A DNA stretch of 64,000 nucleotides from Candidatus Hydrogenedentota bacterium. GTDB lineage: Bacteria > Hydrogenedentota > Hydrogenedentia > Hydrogenedentales > SLHB01. Within the stretch, counting starts at the first letter, position 1; every line of letters starts with the position of its first letter. The notes under the pieces are model-generated. The model did not search any database. It saw nothing but the letters and a program-made list of their open reading frames with translations, and had not been told where the DNA came from. Below, one piece after another: positions 51,801 through 58,700 of the stretch. Location of the stretch: assembly GCA_903925285.1 (NCBI GenBank), contig CAIYET010001005.1:9703-73702 (forward strand), read 5' to 3'. Made by a program: the position numbers and the translations under genes.

Positions 51801-52287
51801 CCTCTATGAAGGGGAAACCGTGTTCAACCCGTTCACAGACAAGGGGCGCAAGAAGATAAGAGCCCTTGTTTCCGCCGGAAAGGTATCGCCCTCTCAATAT
51901 GAGCGATGGGAGGAGTCTTTCGGGGATCTCGGCGCGCGCGATATTCTCCACGAATCGGCGATTAAGGTATTCGATGCCCAGCCCCTTGCAAAGCCGGTCA
52001 TGGCCGCTTTCGACAAGGCCCCAAAGCTTTCCGACAGTTACTATAGGCACAATGATTGGGTCAACGTTGCGGACTTGGCAACGGAAATAGGGGAAGCCGA
52101 CGTTGACAACGTGGAGGAAGTTCTTAAAAAGCACCCCGACATAGAGACATCCTATCAGCTTGTCGGAGCTGGTCGCCGCTATGATCTTTATGCCCGCCGC
52201 AAGGGGGGGGTGCAAAAAGCATTGGGACACAGTAAAATAGTCGTAAAGGGGGAGCAAGTCTATGTACTACACGAACGAAGAAGTTGA
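45880..52287 (+). CDS. DarB-like polyvalent protein: N6-adenine DNA methyltransferase + SNF2/DExH helicase (2135 aa)
   Basis: MTase motif I LEPSCGAGVF (about nt 47413) and motif IV GNAPFG (about nt 47599). Helicase motifs GTGFGKT (about 49430), DEMH (49891), TATPLTNS, and QRNGRIDRQG (about 50908). N-terminal recurrent module. Confidence 0.8.
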   Translation: MIRLMIPMENLDTLEKARAGLVYRTDLPYHLSNGALAFRRGWVRPEDVKALNQAKKQGDAASVVGKYEYEADMFDEAEGEPWDSPKAEAKPEDPEAIAGKEKWNISGMGSAKVSEFVVAAPEVKTPEWQVSAEPEKSKGHIAFFGSGERQKELYQLDNGDIFTAYLGEVIDMDTKNRIGRWEGPGWQKDTIMKNLGIVQETAPEAKEEPKEAPALDIPGDIVPDEMIARIVLSERPEEAPEGWIIFNAPRPLVGTKFWQGPFVSGLYYAAVDPSDPVAKDFIRSNYRDGASVLMYQTEEAYAAGKRKELAAEYEDEFKKHPDLKESFDKYTVEQILSMEPPATTKKLKDYRRAIESTSGVKTDGVKAPDAGAKQDAPAAGKTEPSTIAERISKPEMPDGEEAKTGDVRSDLEQAIAKMKFADYGSWSASGKHVAPAKRMELNQQIAELLLLPSNDLTPQELQAIRQYSGFGGVKADDERGVLYDYFTSPPVARMVWKLANKIVPLKSGARALEPSCGAGVFFEVAPQGVDLTGVEFDSRTSAVAGLLQPQARIYHSSFEQFNLHQKEKFDAVIGNAPFGDRSVATSFLDDPDEKSLDRYFVSRSLDNLKGGGTMALIVAPGVMDNVSNSAWRSKMLRKGQFIGAMRLPNQSFKHTNTGVSPDIVMFRAYPEDIKARLAVMSDQEMKAAGFYDDAWVDGTYYDECPGHRLGRVERGQFDSEITVGKLEPADMDRALEVFEPRELHSAEDFGKIRNLTQGTLPEAPDESEKLSEPEAEAVAAKTLRVGMTKSENGKIYRLNENHRWELVQAGSAVAAKLDRVKEISETVRKIRESMRADEPVDDLQRQARSLVEAYEKDFGVKHSEDKDIQKFIKANPAIANVYEALTIAIDSELLTKQNVYDKEVEIVDGHRPAIRALMELQRDMMDATNESIKARYPNGAEGLIEAMWSDPDVFTDDAGVFRLREDFISGNAWEKIDALEKAVADHPGDEWVRNREKWQAGADAMRDAVGWIPVEDADVFPQGSWIPEDLINLWAGNGMGRPARKGYRYAKNEEGKWGLAALKGDSKWDWKTREYIETKEGDWQEENDEFIYFLNNQKQRSKYTDTETYNKNAVGNFKAWLATNEEARKEVENLFNRNFNTELGVPTKTYAVHLDGWNDEVVLQPWQWQTIHHLYRQGKGLSALGTGFGKTLAAVGLYALLRQEGKTRRAFFQVPNNKVKDWVKTFAKAMPGLKVGSVDPETKGYNDQTKRFSWYQELASGDYDVIILPESSSSEIQLNSENDDMIVADISSQMTTTEGKTQRKKEQALATAEGKLSGGKKNVTITFEELGCDTIFCDEMHRMKNLFTSSLSRETGMNDGRRSDRALSFFKKCEYMRRGHEGKGVFGLTATPLTNSPLEYYNMFYHIAPEMLSSMGIANIDAFINNFANIEMGQKIDSFTGQVKDGKVLKGFKNLRALQDMFFKYTDLQNDPTKIGLKKPTPTNRPNIIPIQETQTAEIRAIADEVKKYREMSKEKRADMHENFLTYYTRMRTASLDLELYDPVRFKGWKNPKIEKMVDSAMETLNARGGGQVVFCDRVVSSDGTINMHEKIKAALVAKGFAENEIVVVNGLTKSGTKASEQSLEKEVSSAIDGFNSGKYKIIIGTTQTIGEGVNLQKNSSALHHMDIPFRPSDFIQRNGRIDRQGNKQSTVELHTYATAGTIDNYSMALVAGKENWINQLLKTKSNVFTNPNGEGMDMDEILLSLTQEWGDLKGAEEQKAALASKKAAAIQADNQKKAHEFLRQLSLMRGSLIGYKGDKGSRDYQNRLRKIDNLEAGLQTNPEFRHPEILGQDTGPFMYDEGRKLVIKKGDLVISSGGVYRVADFDYKERKYFLLSAIDGKSGAYENAYTSATQRSYYSGNSEDNFIFVPNPSQPQVDRYISLIDPEGFYKQPKAFKADNYEEFVKINARGHSIKEKYFAINKKGEISGKLGSLYEGETVFNPFTDKGRKKIRALVSAGKVSPSQYERWEESFGDLGARDILHESAIKVFDAQPLAKPVMAAFDKAPKLSDSYYRHNDWVNVADLATEIGEADVDNVEEVLKKHPDIETSYQLVGAGRRYDLYARRKGGVQKALGHSKIVVKGEQVYVLHERRS

Positions 52288-52642
52288 CTCCTTCGAGAAA
52301 AAAGTGCAAATCCGGACCGGGGAATCCTACGTCCGGAAGATCGCCCTCGGGGTCGCCTCGATGCTTGAGGCTCAGCCATCCCTTTACAAGACCTTCGGCG
52401 TTTACTGGTGGGCAATCAAGGCCGCGCTCAAGAAATACTACCCCGGCAAGGCGTGGTTCATGGGGGGATATTTCGATCAACTCATGTACGAGCGGGCATG
52501 GCATGGATCGCTTTTCCGCACCGTACTGGCGGCAACTATCTACCATGGCAATCATCGGCTCATAACTTCAGGGCACGAATACATCGGGAAGGATGAAGAG
52601 GAGTATACCTATACGCTCTTCGATGAAGACGCAGGGTTTTAG
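52262..52642 (+). CDS. hypothetical protein
   Basis: GGGGGAG RBS. 126 aa. Overlaps the last 26 nt of the 2135-aa gene. Trp/Tyr-rich. Lacks the recurrent module. Confidence 0.45.
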   Translation: MYYTNEEVDSFEKKVQIRTGESYVRKIALGVASMLEAQPSLYKTFGVYWWAIKAALKKYYPGKAWFMGGYFDQLMYERAWHGSLFRTVLAATIYHGNHRLITSGHEYIGKDEEEYTYTLFDEDAGF

Positions 52643-52652
52643 GCGGGGGGAT

Positions 52653-53939
52653 ATGCGAATAATCTTAGTGGTTCCAGTATCGCGGGAAAGGATGCTGAAG
52701 GCTCTCAATACATCCCGCCTCGTCAAGAAAGAAGTCACCGTTCGGCGCGGCGGGAAGACATTCCAGCAAATGCGCTGGCTTCGCCCTGACCAAGTGGCCC
52801 CCGGGAGGAAGCCGTCCGCCCCTGTGGAACAGAAGCCGGCGCGGGAAAGCAAGCCCGTCGACAACTCCCACCCCCGGATAAAAAAAGACGATCCTGTATT
52901 GTTCAACTATCAGGGGAAGCAGATTCAGGCGAAAGTCATCGACGATACCCATAAAGAGGGCGTTGTCGCTCAGAGCGAGTCCGGGGAAAAGTTCAACGTC
53001 CGCTGGCAGGACATGGCGAAGAAGGCCGCCCCCGAGGCCGCCGCACTGCCAGAGGACAACGTACAGGCTCAGGTTGCGTGGATGATCGACCCCAGCCGGA
53101 CCGACAATTCCAAGAAGATCGACAAGAAACTCCTCGTCCAGCCGTCCGGGGATCTCGATGAACTCTACAAGCTGGCAGAGGAAGCCCGCGCCGGTTTCAG
53201 GCAGTTCATGGAGAAGGCCAAGAGCGATCTAGGGGCAAAGGCGCTTCTTTCCCGGCCTGTCCTGAAGAGCAAAGAGCGTATCCTTGAGAAGATGAAAGAG
53301 GACGGGGTTACGGATGCAAGCCAGATTTACGACATTGACGGCCATACCCTTGTGTTCGACGGCCTAGACGGGGTAGCGAAGGGGCTGAAGTATTTCATGG
53401 CGCAGGGCGCGGCAATCAGGATCAAGAACAACTATGCCAACCCTTCACCCGCCGGATACCGGGACGTGAATGTCAACATCAAGCTTCCTAACGGGATGAT
53501 ATCAGAGATCCAGATAAACACTGAAGCGATGATGGAGGCAAAGGAAGGGGTGGGGCATATCTTCTACGAGGTCATGCGCGAGGCTCTTGGAGCCCTGCCG
53601 CCCCCGCCGCCCCCGGCACCGTATGCTGATATACTGGAAGCACAAAAGGCTTTCTATAATTTCGCGTGGGAAACGTCACAGAAGGGTCAGGAAGACGCCA
53701 ACCTCAAGGCCTCGCTCTTGTCGATCGCGCGGCCTTTCTGGAACAAGTCGGCGAACAACTTGGGGGAGCGGGATTCAAGCTGGTTGTCGGACAAAACGCG
53801 GAAGAGGTTCATGGACTTCGGTTCCCAAGCGAATGGAACATCGTCCTTCTCGAAGAACTCAAGTCCCTCGGTCGTCAAGTCTATCTTGGGCATCTTGTTC
53901 CCTCCACGCTCAAAGTATAGACGCGGTTTCCGGGCATGA
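52653..53939 (+). CDS. RelA/SpoT-homologue (small alarmone synthetase-like nucleotidyl pyrophosphokinase) domain protein with the recurrent N-terminal module
   Basis: Internal ATG (MRIILVVPVS) in frame with track ORF 52593..53939. Synthetase-domain pattern LKSKERILEKM...IYDIDGHTLVF...NPSPAGYRDVNVNIKLPNGMISEIQINTEAMMEAKEGVGHIFYE, to be compared with RelA_SpoT KSxxSIxxK / DxxGxR / GYRSxH / EIQIRT...H..Y. Confidence 0.7.
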   Translation: MRIILVVPVSRERMLKALNTSRLVKKEVTVRRGGKTFQQMRWLRPDQVAPGRKPSAPVEQKPARESKPVDNSHPRIKKDDPVLFNYQGKQIQAKVIDDTHKEGVVAQSESGEKFNVRWQDMAKKAAPEAAALPEDNVQAQVAWMIDPSRTDNSKKIDKKLLVQPSGDLDELYKLAEEARAGFRQFMEKAKSDLGAKALLSRPVLKSKERILEKMKEDGVTDASQIYDIDGHTLVFDGLDGVAKGLKYFMAQGAAIRIKNNYANPSPAGYRDVNVNIKLPNGMISEIQINTEAMMEAKEGVGHIFYEVMREALGALPPPPPPAPYADILEAQKAFYNFAWETSQKGQEDANLKASLLSIARPFWNKSANNLGERDSSWLSDKTRKRFMDFGSQANGTSSFSKNSSPSVVKSILGILFPPRSKYRRGFRA

Positions 53940-56900
53940 CAAGTAAGGCGGCAACTTTTATGGAAAAGGCTCTCGACCGCTCGAAACTCATAAAGACGCC
54001 GACGATCATGCACGTCGACGGCAAAGCCTTCCCGACATACCGCTGGAAGGCGCGGCCCGAAGCAGAGCCCGCAGAGCCACCCCGGGCGGAAGCCCCGCCC
54101 GCCGGCTATGTCCCTACGAAGACCGTAACGTCCTACAAGCTCTTCCGGGTAAGCAAGGATCATCCCGGGGAAATCTTCCCGCTGTTCGTTGACGCCAACA
54201 CCCCCATACCCTTCGGCGAATGGGTGGCGGCCAAGCCCGGCGACAGGGACCCCAAGGTAACGGACCATGTGAAATCCAAGCTGGGACCCCTAGCCTATCG
54301 CCCCGGCTTCCATGCCGGCAGAATCCCCGTCGCTACCCATATCGGGCTGAAGGTGAAGAAAAACGACAAGGCCCCATCCTTCCGCAACCCTGATTATGTA
54401 TGGGCTGAAGTAACCTTCGCCGATGACGTTGACTGGCAGTCCGAAGCCGCTCGCCGGGCTGTCCGGGGGAAGGATGGACAGGTCATAGCGCGGACCGCCC
54501 ATATCACCGATCAAGTTCCGTATGGGGGGTACTACTCTTACAAGACGAACTCGAATATGACGGGCGAGTGGATGATATCGGGGACCATGAAGGTAAACCG
54601 CATCCTGACCGACGCCGAAGTGGCCGAAATCAACGAAAAGACGAAGTTTTCGGACCTCCCAAGGGTTGAACCGCTTGATATCTCCGTGTATGGGTTCGGC
54701 AAAGACGGCCGGCCGGCAAAGTCTGTCCAACTACTTCCGGATAGGGACTTCTACGACTATCAAGACTCGCACATGGAGAAGACCCATAAGCGCCTTTTCT
54801 ACATTGACGACTTGGACAACCAATACGCTGAATGGATCGAGAACGCTGGCGACATAGGCCGGGAACTTGCCTCGCATCAAGAAACAGCCGACCCCTTGTA
54901 CATTGGGGAAAAGCTCCGGAAGTTGTCGAAGGTCTTTATATTCGCCGAGTCCTCCCGGGCCGATCTGGGCTTTGTTGATACCAGCTTTTCTTTCCCGAAG
55001 ACCGATAGGGCGATAATCAAGGAATATGTCCGGCAATACGATGAATATAAGGGAAATCTAGGGGTGCTGGGGCAAGCATCGAAGTCGCTTTCTTATGCGT
55101 TATTGTCGAGGAATGGCCCCATGTTCCTTGAGGCTTTTATAGATTTTGTCGCGAAATACAACGTCCTGAAACAATCGCAGGGGTTCGAGAAGACAAAGCT
55201 TCCCGATAGCCTATCCCGCCTCGTCGACGACAGGATGCAGAAATATGGGGCTCCTTCCCCGGTAGCGCCCAAAGAGGATGACAGCGAATTCAAGCGGGCC
55301 GGAAAGACCGTCGACGGCCTTGAAGTGCTGGACGATATCCCGAACACATCGTCGATAGGCTCTTCCTTGAACGAATATGAATCCCTCCCGGGGATTCGTG
55401 AAGTTCCCATGAGCGTGTTCAGTGATCCAGATCCGTATAAAAATTACTATGCGGCCGACGATATCGACCGGACATACCGGCTGGCTGAAGAAATAAAACA
55501 ATCCGGACAGATTAAGCCGCTGATTGTCGTGATGGACAAGAAGGGTCCCTATATCCTAGAGGGCGGGCACCGCTGGTCGGCGCTGGGGGTTCTCGGGAAG
55601 AAGTCTTTCCCAGCTCTTGTGGTGATGGACACGGAAGACACCGGCGTTGAAAAGGCCCTCGATTATTCAAAGCTCTCCAAGGTGCCCGTCGTCGCGCATG
55701 CCAAGGTGGGGGACTATCAAACCTCCCGATGGAAGAAGAGGGAAGAGCCGGCGGCCGCCCCTAACCCGGCTCCCGTGCAGAGTGTGGCGGACTTCATTTC
55801 GTTCATGTACCAGCTTCCCCGAAACGCCGTGAATCAAGTGAACATTGAAAAGATCGACGATATAGACCCCGCGCTTGCGGAGGAACTTCGCAACAACAAG
55901 GAAGTGTTCAAGAAAAAGCTCTGTTACAACAACTCTTGGCAAGCGGCGTCGATGGCCGATGGCATTGGGAAAAAAGTGAACTATGTGGAGGGTTTTGTCG
56001 CCCTTGGTGTCGGCGGTTGCATGATCCCAATAGACCACGCTTGGAACTCGATAGAGGTGAACGGAGAAACAAAGTATTTCGACGTTACCAACGATATCGT
56101 ATGGGGCGGCGATATGTCGGTTCAAAAAAACGGATACGTCCCCCTATATGCAACGGACGACCTTCTCACCATAGGAAAATATATAGGGCGAAGCCCGGTG
56201 ACAAAGGCTTTCGAGGCCATGCGCAAGATTCGGGCCGCCGCCCGGGATTCCGACATGCCGCCCTCTTTCGCGTCCGTTCTTTCCACCCTGAAGGATAAGG
56301 TGGGCGAGGTCAAGAAGTCCCTGACCTACGGCGGGCACCCCCTTGAGGACCGCTACAAGGTTCACGGCATGGATATCTCGATCGAGACAAAGAAGGGCTC
56401 CACGCGGCGCGGGACCGACAAGGACGGGCACGAGTGGGCGACGAAAATGAACGCCGACTACGGGTATATCCGGGGCACCGTGGGCAAGGATAAAGACCAT
56501 CTTGATTGCTATGTCGGCCCGAATCCTGAATCCACGAAGGTTTTCATAGTCCATCAAAACGATCCGACGACAGGGAAGTATGACGAAGACAAGGTTATGC
56601 TCGGGTTCGAGTCGGCCGCCGAGGCCAAGGCGCTCTACATGAAGCAGTACGACCGCCCGGGGTTCTTTGGCTCGATGGATGAAACCGATATCGAGAAGAT
56701 GAAGGAAAGGGCGTTCTCCAAAGAGGCCAAAGGCAGGATTCTTGTGGTCAAGTCCGTCGACGGGGAACTGGAAGAGCGGGCCGGCAAGGGATATTCCCGG
56801 CTGGACAAGCTCATCGAAAGGAAGTATGGGCCGGAAGTAATGATAGGAGTAGAAGTGGAGTTGGAGCATACTGGAAGCCGCGAAGAGGCCAAGAGGATCG

Positions 56901-58690
56901 CGCTCGATCACCTTCATCAAGACTATCACTATTACTCGAAGCTCATTGCGGCCGGGCTTGTCGATGAGCCAAGGGCTCTGGCGATAGCGAAAGAGGAAGG
57001 TGTCGATATGAAGAAGTCGCTACGGCTTATGGTCCCGATTCTCGACAAGGCCATGAAGTCCTCGAAGCTGATCCTTCAAACGAAGATGGTCACGCGCGAG
57101 GGCACGACCTTCCCGATGAAGGTGTGGGTCCTGCCCGGGGAAGCGAGCCATGCCGCGCAGTTCGATATGTTCGAGGCGGCCGAAGTGGACGACACGGTGA
57201 AGAAGATCGCCCCCCGGGAGCCCGAGCGAGATCCCGTGAAGATCGAGGCGGCTATCCAGTCGGCAACCCCCGAAACCCGCAACGAGGTCCAAGCGGTCCT
57301 GTTTGGAGCGAAGGAGGAGGAGCCCGAGGCCGCCGAGCCCCCGTATGAGTTCACCCCGGGACGCCGCACGGTTTCGGCCTACAATGGGCATGGCTACACG
57401 AGTCAGGAGGAGCTAGAAGACTATACTGGCGTATTCCCTAAGAGAATGAAGCTGATTCGGCAAGCCAAGGCCCTCAACGATCCGCGCCCTTCATGGATAC
57501 CGGCGGCCGACGAGGGAGCTTTCTCTGGGTGGAAATGGGAGCGCCGATTCCCGTATGCGAGGATCGCCCCTAACGAATATGTTGTTCAGGTCACGAAGGA
57601 AAAGATGGTGATTATGAGCGCGGACGTGCTGATAGCCACCACGAACTACTACAAGGCGAGGGAAAAAGAGCGCCGGAGGATTGAAGCAGACAAGTGGAAT
57701 CAGGACAAGAGGGAACGTGCAAGAATATGGCTGGAAGAACACAAGAACGACGACGACGATAAGAACCGGGAATTTAGATATAAATCCAATATCAAATACT
57801 ATCGCGAAGTAGTAGATGGAAAGAGGTTTCAGAAACCCAAGGCTGTCGTTGCCATGGGTTCAAACAAAATGTGCCATGACCAATCGTGTATCATCAAGAA
57901 ATACTCCGAAGACGATGACTATTCCATGTGGACCCATCTTCACGATGCCATGGAAGAGCTTGACCAGAAAGCGATCGACATGCAACTTCAGGCCGAAGAC
58001 GATGGTAACACCTACTCGAAGGGGGAAAAGACCTCCTACGGGAACATGGGTACGAAGGACACCCTGCTTGAGAAGTACGGCGTCAAGGTCAAGCGGCAGA
58101 ACGGGAAAGAGATTACCGATACCGAAACCGAAGAGATAAAGGCCGCCTTGGACCACATATTTTCCATTTTCGGCGACAGGTCTTCCATGGCGCGCACGTT
58201 CGGGCTGAAGATATCCCATGCGGCCGAAACCGCCATGCACGCTCGAAAGGCAATCGGAATCTTCTTCCCCTCCCATCGGGCTATCGGCGTGTCGGCCGGC
58301 GGCGGGGCGAAGCAGTTCGGGTTCACCCTTTCCCACGAGTGGGCGCACTTCATGGACAACTACCTTGGGGGGGACAAGTACCACTATTCCTCGGACGACT
58401 TCAAGTCCATTTCCCACGCGATAGCGAATACCTTCAAGTCGAATATGGCGAAGAAACAGAAGAGCGACTACCAGAACCGGACATGCGAGTGCTTCGCCCG
58501 GGCCTTCGAGCAATACTTTGCCATGAAGACCGGGGATGGCGACGAATACCAGCGGATGATGTCTGACGCCGGGAACCACCCCTCGAACGATGTTTTCCTG
58601 AAAGAAGTGTCCCCGCTGATAGATAGATTTTTTTCCGAGCGCGGCGATATGCTGAAGGCCATGAAGATTACTTTGTGGTCAATAAGATAG
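53936..58690 (+). CDS. 1584-aa polyvalent protein with ParB/Srx-like, transglutaminase-like Cys peptidase, PPase-like and HExxH zincin domains
   Basis: ATGA overlap. ParB-like KPLIVVMDKKGPYILEGGHRWSAL (about nt 55530). Cys/His/Asp triad candidates CYNNSWQAA ... IDHAWNSIEVNGETKYFDVT (about 55920-56090). YGYIRGTVGKDKDHLDCYVGP (PPase-like, about 56460). LSHEWAHFMD plus CECFARAFEQYF (about 58330-58510). Three copies of the recurrent module. Confidence 0.75.
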   Translation: MTSKAATFMEKALDRSKLIKTPTIMHVDGKAFPTYRWKARPEAEPAEPPRAEAPPAGYVPTKTVTSYKLFRVSKDHPGEIFPLFVDANTPIPFGEWVAAKPGDRDPKVTDHVKSKLGPLAYRPGFHAGRIPVATHIGLKVKKNDKAPSFRNPDYVWAEVTFADDVDWQSEAARRAVRGKDGQVIARTAHITDQVPYGGYYSYKTNSNMTGEWMISGTMKVNRILTDAEVAEINEKTKFSDLPRVEPLDISVYGFGKDGRPAKSVQLLPDRDFYDYQDSHMEKTHKRLFYIDDLDNQYAEWIENAGDIGRELASHQETADPLYIGEKLRKLSKVFIFAESSRADLGFVDTSFSFPKTDRAIIKEYVRQYDEYKGNLGVLGQASKSLSYALLSRNGPMFLEAFIDFVAKYNVLKQSQGFEKTKLPDSLSRLVDDRMQKYGAPSPVAPKEDDSEFKRAGKTVDGLEVLDDIPNTSSIGSSLNEYESLPGIREVPMSVFSDPDPYKNYYAADDIDRTYRLAEEIKQSGQIKPLIVVMDKKGPYILEGGHRWSALGVLGKKSFPALVVMDTEDTGVEKALDYSKLSKVPVVAHAKVGDYQTSRWKKREEPAAAPNPAPVQSVADFISFMYQLPRNAVNQVNIEKIDDIDPALAEELRNNKEVFKKKLCYNNSWQAASMADGIGKKVNYVEGFVALGVGGCMIPIDHAWNSIEVNGETKYFDVTNDIVWGGDMSVQKNGYVPLYATDDLLTIGKYIGRSPVTKAFEAMRKIRAAARDSDMPPSFASVLSTLKDKVGEVKKSLTYGGHPLEDRYKVHGMDISIETKKGSTRRGTDKDGHEWATKMNADYGYIRGTVGKDKDHLDCYVGPNPESTKVFIVHQNDPTTGKYDEDKVMLGFESAAEAKALYMKQYDRPGFFGSMDETDIEKMKERAFSKEAKGRILVVKSVDGELEERAGKGYSRLDKLIERKYGPEVMIGVEVELEHTGSREEAKRIALDHLHQDYHYYSKLIAAGLVDEPRALAIAKEEGVDMKKSLRLMVPILDKAMKSSKLILQTKMVTREGTTFPMKVWVLPGEASHAAQFDMFEAAEVDDTVKKIAPREPERDPVKIEAAIQSATPETRNEVQAVLFGAKEEEPEAAEPPYEFTPGRRTVSAYNGHGYTSQEELEDYTGVFPKRMKLIRQAKALNDPRPSWIPAADEGAFSGWKWERRFPYARIAPNEYVVQVTKEKMVIMSADVLIATTNYYKAREKERRRIEADKWNQDKRERARIWLEEHKNDDDDKNREFRYKSNIKYYREVVDGKRFQKPKAVVAMGSNKMCHDQSCIIKKYSEDDDYSMWTHLHDAMEELDQKAIDMQLQAEDDGNTYSKGEKTSYGNMGTKDTLLEKYGVKVKRQNGKEITDTETEEIKAALDHIFSIFGDRSSMARTFGLKISHAAETAMHARKAIGIFFPSHRAIGVSAGGGAKQFGFTLSHEWAHFMDNYLGGDKYHYSSDDFKSISHAIANTFKSNMAKKQKSDYQNRTCECFARAFEQYFAMKTGDGDEYQRMMSDAGNHPSNDVFLKEVSPLIDRFFSERGDMLKAMKITLWSIR

Positions 58691-58700
58691 GAGGAAGAGT

